NCBI GenBank assembly: GCA_000004695.1 | Contig: CM000152.2 | Location: 4,512,001-4,576,000, forward strand | Reading direction: 5' to 3' | Source of the DNA: Dictyostelium discoideum | Taxonomy: Eukaryota | DNA length: 64,000 nt | Shown: positions 55,300 through 64,000 of the stretch, in pieces | Layout of the letters: each line of letters begins with the position of its first letter | Numbering within the stretch: position 1 is the stretch's first letter | Made by a program: the position numbers and the translations under genes | The notes under the pieces: generated by a model | Databases searched by the model: none | Told to the model about the DNA's origin: nothing | What the model saw: the letters and a program-made list of their open reading frames with translations, nothing else

Positions 55300-55835
55300 T
55301 AATCAGATTTTTTTTTTTTTTTTGATATAAATAAACTATTGTAGTATACAATTAGTATGTAATTTTTATTTATTTATTTTAGGTTTTTTAGTTTTTGTGA
55401 ATTTAAAATAGTATGTTATTTTAGATTAGGTAATTAATAATTAATTGGTGGTGTAATTGTTGGAATTGGTTCATTAGTGTTTATGCTCCATTCTTTTTTA
55501 AATTTTTTGATGGTTTCGGACCATTGGGTTTCTTTTTGAGTTTTTGTGAGGTTGTTTTTAATTGAGTATTGGTTAAAGTTTGTTTTTTTTTTTTTTTTTT
55601 TAATATTGGATTAACAAGATTGATATATGTCCATCTGTGTTAATACGAGTTTTATTTAATATTTATTTATAGGCTTATCATTTAAGCTGAAGGGTTATTT
55701 TAATCATATGAATTGATCAAAAGATATAATATTTGGGAGAGATGATTCTGGAATACAATAGTAATTAGCTGTTGTTTTTCTTAGCTTGATCGTTGAGGTG
55801 ATTAAAGTTTGATAAAGTATTTAATTAATCAGATA
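55300..55835 (-). mobile_element. Two tandem 3' fragments of TRE3-type non-LTR retrotransposons on the minus strand, downstream of the tRNA-Arg gene. Each ends in poly(A), which reads as poly-T on the plus strand.
   Basis: 55321-55560 is the reverse complement of the 3' end of the 19561-20103 element. 55600-55835 is the reverse complement of 12600-12845. Poly-T tracts at 55305-55322 and 55585-55610 are the A-tails. Orientation and position (3' of a tRNA, 5' end toward the tRNA) fit TRE3 behaviour. Confidence 0.6.
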
Positions 55836-55839
55836 TCGA

Positions 55840-55847
55840 ACCCATGA

Positions 55848-55881
<34 letters not shown>

Positions 55882-55925
55882 TAAAAGCGGTGTTAGAACC
55901 CATGACCTATAATAGATATTTACTA
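55840..55925 (-). promoter_or_regulatory. Duplicated external B-box-like elements downstream of tRNA-Arg, flanking a minimal TRE3 tail insertion.
   Basis: In minus-strand sense, 3' of the tRNA: ...GGTCATGGGTTCtaacaccgcttttaggt(A)26GGTCATGGGTTCGATATC. GGGTTCGAT is B-box-like (GGTTCGANTCC). The 12-bp direct repeat GGTCATGGGTTC flanks a 17-bp-plus-A26 insert whose sequence (acaccgcttttaggt + An) also occurs at 17565-17595, after another TRE3 tail. Confidence 0.35.
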
Positions 55926-55933
55926 AAAAAATT

Positions 55934-56006
55934 CACCCATTGTGGGTCTCGATCCCACGACCTGCAGCTTAGAAGGCTGCCGCAATTCCAACTTTGCTAA
56001 ACGGGC
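55934..56006 (-). tRNA. tRNA-Arg (anticodon UCU), 73 nt.
   Basis: Minus-strand sequence GCCCGTT-TA-GCAA-AGTTGGAA-TTGC-G-GCAGC-CTTCTAA-GCTGC-AGGTC-GTGGG-ATCGAGA-CCCAC-AATGGGT-G. The D, anticodon and T stems are perfect. The acceptor stem has two G-U wobbles (1-72 and 5-68), and the T-loop has A at position 54, which is unusual and makes a slightly degenerate or low-activity copy possible. Confidence 0.6.
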
Positions 56007-56053
56007 TTTGATATTTTTTCATTTTTAATATCTTTAATAACTACTTATTTGAG

Positions 56054-57316
56054 AGTAAGAGAAAAAACATCAACAACAACACTTTTTTTATTTGATTATT
56101 TCATTTTTCATATAAAAAAAAGACTTAAAAAAAATAAAATAAAATACACTTAGAGTAAACTACTTTATTTCTTTATTTTATTGTAATTTATTTTTTTCTT
56201 TTTTTTGAAAATTTTGCGAAGCAAAATTGAAAAAAAAAAGGAAAAAATAATCAGTAAGAGAAAAAACATCAACAACAACACTTTTTTTATTTGATTATTT
56301 CATTTTTCATATAAAAAAAAGACTTAAAAAAAATAAAATAAAATACACTTAGAGTAAACTACTTTATTTCTTTATTTTATTGTAATTTATTTTTTTCTTT
56401 TTTTTGAAAATTTTGCGAAGCAAAATTGAAAAAAAAAAGGAAAAAATAATCAGTAAGAGAAAAATCATCAACAACAACACTTTTTTTATTTGATTATTTC
56501 ATTTTTCAGATAAAAAAAAGACTTAAAAAAAATAAAATAAAATACACTTAGAGTAAACTACTTTATTTCTTTATTTTAGTGTAATTTATTTTTTTCTTTT
56601 TTTTGAAAATTTTGCGAAGCAAAATTGAAAAAAAAAAGGAAAAAATAATCAGTAAGAGAAAAAACATCAACAACAACACTTTTTTTATTTGATTATTTCA
56701 TTTTTCATATAAAAAAAAGACTTAAAAAAAATAAAATAAAATACACTTAGAGTAAACTACTTTATTTCTTTATTTTATTGTAATTTATTTTTTTCTTTTT
56801 TTTGAAAATTTTGCGAAGCAAAATTGAAAAAAAAAAGGAAAAAATAATCAGTAAGAGAAAAAACATCAACAACAACACTTTTTTTATTTGATTATTTCAT
56901 TTTTCATATAAAAAAAAGACTTAAAAAAAATAAAATAAAATACACTTAGAGTAAACTACTTTATTTCTTTATTTTATTGTAATTTATTTTTTTCTTTTTT
57001 TTGAAAATTTTGCGAAGCAAAATTGAAAAAAAAAAGGAAAAAATAATCAGTAAGAGAAAAAACATCAACAACAACACTTTTTTTATTTGATTATTTCATT
57101 TTTCATATAAAAAAAAGACTTAAAAAAAATAAAATAAAATACACTTAGAGTAAACTACTTTATTTCTTTATTTTATTGTAATTTATTTTTTTCTTTTTTT
57201 TGAAAATTTTGCGAAGCAAAATTGAAAAAAAAAGGAAAAAATAATCAGTAAGAGAAAAAACATCAACAACAACACTTTTTTTATTTGATTATTTCATTTT
57301 TCATATAAAAAAAAGA

Positions 57317-57317
<1 letters not shown>
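56054..57317. repeat. Tandem array of about 6.4 copies of a 199-bp unit immediately 5' of the minus-strand tRNA-Arg gene, terminated by A60.
   Basis: Unit: agtaagagaaaaaacatcaacaacaacactttttttatttgattatttcatttttcatataaaaaaaagacttaaaaaaaataaaataaaatacacttagagtaaactactttatttctttattttattgtaatttatttttttcttttttttgaaaattttgcgaagcaaaattgaaaaaaaaaaggaaaaaataatc. Units start at about 56054, 56253, 56452, 56651, 56851, 57049 and 57247. Copies are more than 98% identical. A (A)60 run follows at 57318-57380. Confidence 0.9.
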
Positions 57318-57383
<66 letters not shown>

Positions 57384-57660
57384 CCGAAAACATTCTTTCA
57401 GGGAATTTCCAGAATTTTAAATTTTTAAAGCCGAATAAAGATTTTAAAGAAAAAAAAAAGAAATGAATAAATTGGCAAATACAATAATGACAGTGTTAGA
57501 GACTCAAAACTAAATTAATTTAAAGTTAGTATGAGCTCAACAACGTAACAAATTCGCGCATCTCCATGTAAAAATATTTCATTTAATTTTTATTTTTATT
57601 TTTTAATTTTTTAATTTTTTATTTTTTCAGTCAAAAAATAAAAAATTAAATTAAAAAAAC

Positions 57661-58420
57661 ACAGCAAAGAAAAATGCACCTTTAAAGCAAATTTAAAGAA
57701 AAGTTGATTTAAATTGGATTTAAATTGAATTTAAAGCCGCGTTTAAAAAATTCATTTTTAAGGTAATTTTTAAGGTAATTTTTAAGATATTTAAAAATGC
57801 CTTTAAAATTTGCTTTAAAATAAATTTTTAAGCAATTTTAAAGGTGATTTTAAAGGTGATTTTAAAGGTGATTTTTAAGGTAATTTTTAAGATAATTTTT
57901 AAGATATTTAAAAATACCTTTAAAATTTATTTTAAATTAATTTTAAATAGGATTTAAAGTAGATTAAAAGTAGATTTAAAGTGAATTTAAATTTCCTTTA
58001 AACATAAATTTAAGGTTTTTAATAAAAAAGATCTAATTTTAGCACAAAAAAATGGGGATAAAATATTCTATCATTTTTAAATTTTTCATCAAAGCAATCA
58101 AATGGTGTAATGGTTGTTGAGACTCCCCTTTGATAGAGGGTCGGCGGATCGAATCCCTTTTGGGTAATTTTTGAAAAATTAAAAAAAAATTTTAAAAAAT
58201 TTATCCGTTAAATAACGGATTCGAACTCAGGACCTCGCTTTTAAAGCCATTAAAAAGGTAATTTTAAAGGTAATTTTAAAGGTAATTTTTAAGGTGATTT
58301 TAAAGTAACCTTAAAAATTACCTTTAAAATTACCTTTAAAATTGCTTTAATTCAGGACTTTAAAGCAAATTTAAATTTAATTTAAAGCGAATTTAAAGGT
58401 GGTTTTTTCTTTGCTGTGAA
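57661..58420. repeat. Large imperfect palindrome. The arms are built of ttaaag / ggtaattttaaagg short repeats and enclose tRNA-like / B-box-like fragments.
   Basis: 57661 acagcaaagaaaaatgcacctttaaagcaaatttaaag... is mirrored by ...ctttaaaggtggttttttctttgctgt at 58375-58420. Internal units (ggtaatttttaaggt..., aaaattacctttaaa...) are mutually complementary. The centre (58098-58260) holds a tRNA-Gln-like A-box (ATGGTGTAATGGTT) and two inverted B-box-like motifs (GGATCGAATCC at about 58150 and GGATTCGAACTC at about 58218). Confidence 0.55.
58098..58168 (+). pseudogene. tRNA-like fragment or degenerate tRNA pseudogene, Gln/Glu-like.
   Basis: TGGTGTAATGGTT is identical to the D-arm/A-box of eukaryotic tRNA-Gln. 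A CTTTGAT anticodon-loop-like segment and GGATCGAATCC (B-box-like) follow. Neither the D-stem, the T-stem nor the acceptor stem can be paired, so this is not a functional tRNA. Confidence 0.25.
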
Positions 58421-59393
58421 ATTAAATTAAATTAAAATTTAAAAAAATAATAAAAATTCTGATTTTTCGGTTTAGTTGGAATAACGCCCTTACTTTTAAT
58501 TATCTCTTTTATGTATGTTTACTTTTATGATATTAGTCTTTCACTCTTTCTATCCTTCATATTAAAAAACATTACTTTAAAGATTGGACTGTTTGATAAA
58601 AGATTGAACAAATGTGACAATGGATTGAAGATTAGTGTGAGTGACTTTTACACTTTTTTTTTTCTAATTTTAACATAAAACAAATACATTAAAACAAATA
58701 ATTAGATACAATCCTTATATTTCGTATACAATGACACCTCATGATGAAGAAGTCGACTCTTCAGATTAGAGGAATAACAGTAGTATTTAAAACAAAATAA
58801 AAATGCATTACAATGGCCCTTCTGTTTGCAAGATTAACGCTGTACTGCTTAGGCGGTACAACGACACTTCCTACTCACATTGTAAACATGCATCTTTTAT
58901 AAAGTAATATAAAACAAGATTGTATCAATTAATTTAATAATAATGCTCAAATACAAAGACACCACAATATAAATTATTAGTGGAATAACAGTTAAACAAA
59001 GACACCACAATATAAATTATTAGTGGAATAACAGTTAAATAAAGACACCACAATATAAATTATTAGTGGAATAACAGTTAAATAAAGACACCACAATATA
59101 AATTATTAGTGGAATAACAGTTATATTGATGCATTGTTATAATTAAAATAATTTAAGATAATATTTATTATCAATTAAATAATATAAAGACACCACAATA
59201 AAAATATATTAGTGGAATAACAGTTAACATATATTAATACTTATATTTAATTATTTAATTAAAAATTAAATTAAATTAAATTAAATAAATTAAATTAAAT
59301 TATATAATTAAATTATGTAAATTAAATTAAAAAATTAAATTATAAAATTAAATTATATTTAATAAATTTTATATATAATTGTTGGTGAAAGTC

Positions 59394-60542
59394 ATGTCAT
59401 CAACTACTACTCCTTCAAAGAAAGCCATCCGTAAAGCCAAAGTGTCTTCCACCGCCAAACGTGCCGCTGAAGTGACAACCGCCTCCGATGATGCTATTAC
59501 TGTTCAAGTAAAATCAAAAAAGACTCTTCGTCCCACTGAAGTTGATGATGAAATTTATTCAACTGAAAGCACTGATGTATCCGACGTCGAAGTCAGAGAG
59601 AAAGTGCCAAAGAAATCAAAGACCAATTCCATTGAAGCTAAAACCATTGACGCTTTAAAAAATGCTGCCACTGCTGTCATCTTCATGAATCTCTTTACCA
59701 TCCACTGCTCCCAGAATGGTGTTGAACCAACCTTGAAGACCATTATGGACAATGGTGCTGCATCAAATGAATTATTTCAATTGCTTCAACCTACCCACAA
59801 TGAATCAGTTAAGAACAACGATAAAATTGAAGGTGAAACATTGAAGAAGCTAATCCACCGTAACTTTAGATCCAAGACTTTGGTTCCATTCAAAACTGAC
59901 TACGAAGCTGCCAACACTAAAGTAGTCGAAGCTATTAACCATCGTAACTGCTACTCAGCCCAAGATGTTATAAAAAACATCGAAGCCATTATGAGTTACC
60001 ACAATGTAATTAATCCGGTGTATCTCATCCATGGTACTGCTGAAGTTCAATTAGAGTATCTAAGATCAATTTTAGATAATAATATCCTTGCTTTGTTAAA
60101 GATGGTCGTACCAGACTGGTTACAAACTGATGTTGCAATCAAACTCAACACTCAAACCGATATCACCGAGTGTCGTGAAGCCATCACCGAGTTGGTTCTT
60201 AACAATGCTGATAAGTTCTCGAGAAGAAGACCTTCCGATTCCGCATCGAATACTGATGAGAAGTTTCCATTAAAAAAGAATCATGCTACTCCAAATCATA
60301 ACTCTCATAACAGGAATTCCTTTGATGCTCAAGCTGATAAGATTAGAGCTGCAATATTACCCGAAATAAGAAAAGACTCTAAGGTAGACCTCAAAAAGAT
60401 AAGAAGCAGTTTCATCGTTTACCGTCAAAGCAAAGGCTACTGTCTCAATTGTGGTAAATCAAATCACTCCACATCTACATGTAGAATTGATCCGGTCGAT
60501 GCCAAAGCCAATCCAGGTCCATCAGCCAAAAAGCAACAATGA
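59394..60542 (+). CDS. LTR-retrotransposon Gag with a C-terminal CCHC zinc knuckle.
   Basis: Track ORF 59379-60542. The first ATG is at 59394. CX2CX4HX4C lies near the C-terminus. A TGA stop is followed in frame by pol. Confidence 0.7.
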   Translation: MSSTTTPSKKAIRKAKVSSTAKRAAEVTTASDDAITVQVKSKKTLRPTEVDDEIYSTESTDVSDVEVREKVPKKSKTNSIEAKTIDALKNAATAVIFMNLFTIHCSQNGVEPTLKTIMDNGAASNELFQLLQPTHNESVKNNDKIEGETLKKLIHRNFRSKTLVPFKTDYEAANTKVVEAINHRNCYSAQDVIKNIEAIMSYHNVINPVYLIHGTAEVQLEYLRSILDNNILALLKMVVPDWLQTDVAIKLNTQTDITECREAITELVLNNADKFSRRRPSDSASNTDEKFPLKKNHATPNHNSHNRNSFDAQADKIRAAILPEIRKDSKVDLKKIRSSFIVYRQSKGYCLNCGKSNHSTSTCRIDPVDAKANPGPSAKKQQ

Positions 60543-63500
60543 CTCGATGAAGGTGATGAGTCCAAGTCAAAGATTTTAAATAAAAATTATAAAATTTCTC
60601 AATATCATCACCTTGAGGATAATGATTACCCAGTGAACAAAGATTCACTTTATACTCTTAACTCTTTTTATAATCAAAACATTGTTAAACAGTTACATCA
60701 ACAAAGCCAGCAACATGATGTTCATAAAAACATCAACAAACTTAAAGAATACGTCAAAGACTCATATGGTATAAAACTAGTTCCTGATACAACCGTTCCA
60801 ATTCCAAAAGCTGTTGAATCAGAGATGAAGTATAAACCACAGAAGATTGAATTTAATACTCCAACAGAGTTAACAAATGTTCAAGATAAAAACTATACTG
60901 TAAACATATTCAATCGTCCAAAGATATTAAATTCTAGTAAAGAATTAATTAACGATGAAGAAGATGAATTGCTTTACACAATTAAATTCGATAAAGAAAC
61001 AAACAAACCAATCATCTCATTATTACATAGTACTGGTACAAGTGATACTGCTCTCATTCCGACTCTCAAATGTTTAATCGTTCCAAACAGAGAAAACATG
61101 GATAAACCCAAGATTATAATTAACTCTCATTCCAAAGAAAAACAATTCAAATTAATTCTCGATACTGGAAGTAATGTTAGTTTAATCAATAAGAGGTTGA
61201 TTTCAAAAGATATGAAGAACCACGTTCACAAAACGAAAGCCAAGATTAACTTCCCGCTACTAGACGTCAAAGAAGAGTTTGTTGAACAAATCAATATACA
61301 AGTTAACAATGAAATTCATAACTTCTTTATTATAGAATTGGATATCATTGATGTACTTTTCGGTAATGATATCCTTAAGGACTCTATCATTAACCAAAAA
61401 GATAAAATAATCAAGTTGAATAATAGTACATACAAAATTAATTATCAACAGTCGAATCAATTACATTGTAATGTAAAAGCTCCAAGAAAACATGTTACCG
61501 TATCCAATGATAATCAGTCACAGTCACATAATCTACTAGATGATGATGAAGATATCAAAGAACAAGTTACAAAGTTTGTTGAAAGCATCCCATCACAACT
61601 TTGTGATATACTGGTTAAAACTAATCCAGAAGAAGAAGAGATACAAGCAGTACGTGATTTCATTAATGATTCATTCGAAGATGTTATAGTAGATAAACTT
61701 CCTGATATTCCAGATCAGATTAACAATTCCAGAAGAGGTAATATCATACATAATATCATAATAAAGAAAGATCAAGATGTTGAACCAACAAAGAAACAAA
61801 TCTATTATTCAACAGATGATCATAAGAGACATGTCGAAGAAATGGTTCTCAAATTTATAGATTTAGGTATTATCAAAAGATCAGAATCAAATTACTCATC
61901 TCCAATCATGTTATTAAAGAAGAGAGATTCATGGCGTGTAGTCCACGACTATCGTCAACTAAATAAAGTCACTGTTAGAGACGATCATCCATTCACTCCG
62001 GTTGATAGTCTTTTAAATCAATGTAAAGATTCAAAGCTTTTCTCAAAGTTTGACATGATTATGGGTTATTTCCAAGTGTTAATTAATCCAGAACACGCAA
62101 AGTACACCGCTTTCATTACACATATTGGTAAATTTGAATATACTAGAATGCCACAAGGTTTAGTCAACTCTCCATCCACATTCGCCAGATTGATGGTCGA
62201 AATATTTGGAAAAATCAAAAGTTTATTACAATACTTTGATGATCTTTTGGTTCATTCAAAACTCGACTACATGGTACATTTCATTGAAATCATTAGAATG
62301 CTTCTATATTGTAGAAAGTACCTATTATTCATTTCAAGAGAAAAGAGTGAAATGTTAAAGACTGAAGTTGATTTCCTTGGTTTTCACATTCATAAAGATG
62401 GTATATCTCCAAGAGCTGCAAAGGTTAGAGCTATCTCTGAGTTACCTGAACCAAGAAACGCCAAAGAAGCTGAAGCTGCATTAGGTCTTTTTGGATTCTT
62501 CAGGAGACACATTGAAAATTACGCTGAAAAAACCTATCACCTTTCCAAAGAATCAAAAGGAAAAAACAAGAAAACACTTTCTGATGAATCACTCAAAGAA
62601 TTCAATAATCTAAAGAAAGAGTTTGAAGGTGAAAATATTGTCGCTATTCCAATTGAACAAGATAACTCCATACCAATAGATATCGAAAAGGTTAAAGCAT
62701 CAACAGACATGCCAATCCATTCAGATAATAATAATCTAAACAATGGTAGTTTTCACTTGTATTGTGATGTTAGTGATAAAGCATTATCAGGTGTATTATA
62801 TCAAATTCAAGGTAATAAATTCAAAGTCATTTGGTTTCACAGTAGAAAACTTACTGATACTCAAAAGAGGTACAGCATAGGTGATAGAGAGTTCCTTTCA
62901 ATCATTGATTCTCTAAAGAAGTTTCAACATTTATTAATTGGTAAAAAGGTTTCAATCTACACTGATCACCAAAATCTTACATATATTATCAATAAGTCAA
63001 ACGATAAACCGTTCACAAAGAGACAAGATAATTATATGAAATATATTAAAGAATTTGATTATGAATTAAGACATATAAGTGGTAAAAAGAATGGTATAGC
63101 TGATTTTTTATCTCGTAAATATGATAATTTCCAATGGGATGAATCGTTTTTAAATAAAATTAAGGAAGAACAAATCAATTCTCAATGGCTATTAGAGATG
63201 AAAAAGAATCCAAATTTATGCATTGAAGAAATTAATGATATCTGTTACCTTAGTGAAGATGGGTTCAAGAAATTAATCATCATAGATAAAGAAACTATTC
63301 ATACCGTCATTAGAGAATATCACGATACCAAATATAGTGGTCATCACGCTTTAGATATCACATACAATAATATAAGACAAGATTACTATTTCAAAGAAAT
63401 GTTTTCTATTATCAAGAGGTACATAAAGTCTTGTGCAACATGTCAATTGAACATTAACCGTAAAGATAATGGTATACTCCAAAGTTTAGAAATTCCCTTT

Positions 63501-64000
63501 GAAGTTTGGAGAGATATATCAATCGATTTCTTATCGCTACCAAAAACAATGTATGCAATAAACGGATTTACAGTTGAAGTCGATCAAGTTTGTGTCATTG
63601 TTTGTAGATTATCTAAAATGGTTCATATAGTTCCATGTCATAAGACAATAGATGCCCAACATACCGTTCAATTATTGTTGAATCATGTGTTCAGACTCCA
63701 TGGTTATCCAAGAACAATCGTCTCCGATAGAGATCCAAGATTCCTTTCAGAAATATGGGAGAGATGGGCAAAGACGATGGATTCTAAACTCAAGATGACT
63801 GTGGCACACAGAGCACAAGCTGATGGTCAAACTGAAAGAATGAATAGAGAAATTATTAGAATATTAACTAAAGCCTCAACAGAGTATGGGGAGAATTGGT
63901 CAGATATCATTCCACTTATTGAATTTGCAATGAACTCATCAATGAGCAAGTCTACAAAGATGTCACCATTCCAAATCGTTTATGGATTCAATCCACCAAC
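60543..64000 (+). CDS. LTR-retrotransposon Pol polyprotein (PR-RT-RH-IN), partial. It has no start of its own, is in frame with gag after the TGA, and runs off the window.
   Basis: A continuous open frame of about 1150 codons with no stop, hand-translated. Motifs are those listed for the element. It is absent from the ORF track, probably because it has no in-window stop. Confidence 0.7.

Larger units (their letters stand above)
58445..64000 (+). mobile_element. Ty3/gypsy-type LTR retrotransposon, 5' portion: 5' LTR/UTR with 44-bp tandem repeats, gag, then pol in the order PR-RT-RNaseH-IN. It is truncated by the window end and resembles Skipper or DGLT-A.
   Basis: The 5' non-coding region (58445-59393) holds 4.5 tandem copies of aaagacaccacaatataaattattagtggaataacagttaaat (58943-59225). 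gag is 59394-60542 with a CCHC knuckle (CLNCGKSNHSTSTC). pol is in the same frame after a single TGA: protease LILDTGSNVSLI; RT ...LLKKRDSWRVVHDYRQLN..., FITHIGKFEYTRMPQGLVNSPSTFARLM, YFDDLLVHS (YxDD); RNase H ...LYCDVSDKALSGVLYQ...; integrase HHCC finger (H..H...CATCQ) plus D,D(35)E (DFLS...SDRDPRF...). The order PR-RT-RH-IN indicates gypsy type. Confidence 0.8.

Noticed and set aside
58098-58260. A possible functional tRNA-Gln/Glu at the palindrome centre.
   Set aside because: The A-box (TGGTGTAATGGTT) and B-box-like motifs are present, but no acceptor, D or T stems can be paired. I called it a tRNA-derived fragment rather than a gene.
59379-59393. Track start of gag at 59379 (TTG).
   Set aside because: The first in-frame ATG is at 59394, so I used that. 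The upstream 15 nt are probably 5' UTR.

Overview
This window is AT-rich (about 75-80% A+T) nuclear DNA of a social amoeba. It matches Dictyostelium discoideum closely: poly-A and poly-T intergenic tracts, (AAT)n-encoded poly-Asn runs inside genes, and short GTAAGT/GTATGT...AG introns. Every call below was read by eye from the sequence; no search or computation was run, and hand-counted coordinates may be off by a base or two where they do not coincide with the supplied ORF track.

Protein-coding genes, in order:
- A MINDY/DUF544-type deubiquitinase (1064-3098).
- A small type-I membrane protein built from five short exons (4132-5301).
- A Ras GTPase that I identify as rasC (7070-8084).
- A divergent CCT/TCP-1-like chaperonin (8387-10336).
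- A multi-exon secreted glycoprotein with an EGF-like C-terminus (20369-24318), followed by a likely decayed paralogue (24337-25135).
- A Cu/Zn superoxide dismutase (25876-26331), with a roughly 110-bp pseudogene copy of its 3' end at 28641-28755.
- A hypothetical 3-exon protein with a possible PD-(D/E)xK motif (27251-28424).
- Glycogen phosphorylase, 853 aa, on the minus strand, consistent with glpV (28912-31611).
- A multi-pass membrane protein (33446-34801).
- A microbial-type terpene synthase with DDxxD and NDxxSxxxE motifs (35456-36845).
- Ribosomal protein eL29 (36958-37339, minus).
- A PDK1-type kinase with a C-terminal PH domain, 686 aa, probably pdkA (38105-40335, minus).
- A membrane-anchored metallophosphoesterase (41203-43374).
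- A roughly 3000-aa iterative type I polyketide synthase, KS-AT-DH-cMT-ER-KR-ACP, ending in a thioester-reductase (R) domain (44537-53616).

Three tRNA loci are loaded with retroelements. The tRNA-Leu(AAG) gene on the plus strand (11794-11875) has 5'-truncated TRE5-like non-LTR fragments upstream and nested TRE3-like elements downstream; one of these is full length (12846-17448) with an apparently intact 1147-aa EN-RT ORF2. The tRNA-Gly(GCC) (53971-54041) and tRNA-Arg(UCU) (55934-56006) genes lie on the minus strand with TRE3 3' fragments downstream. Both share a conserved 5'-flank block, and in the tRNA-Arg case that flank is amplified into a tandem array of roughly 6.4 copies of a 199-bp unit (56054-57317).

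The other repeat structures are:
- A foldback inverted-repeat element that looks like a thug-like hairpin repeat (17755-19575).
- A roughly 760-bp palindrome enclosing tRNA-like fragments (57661-58420).
- The 5' part of a Ty3/gypsy-type LTR retrotransposon (58445 to the window end) whose gag and pol are separated only by an in-frame TGA.

The feature I would look at first is the terpene synthase / metallophosphatase / PKS-R neighbourhood at 35-54 kb, which could be a hybrid secondary-metabolite cluster. A GC-rich non-coding island carrying a DUSE-like upstream motif (3406-3697) is a candidate Pol III ncRNA. There are no rRNA genes, CRISPR arrays or prokaryotic systems here.
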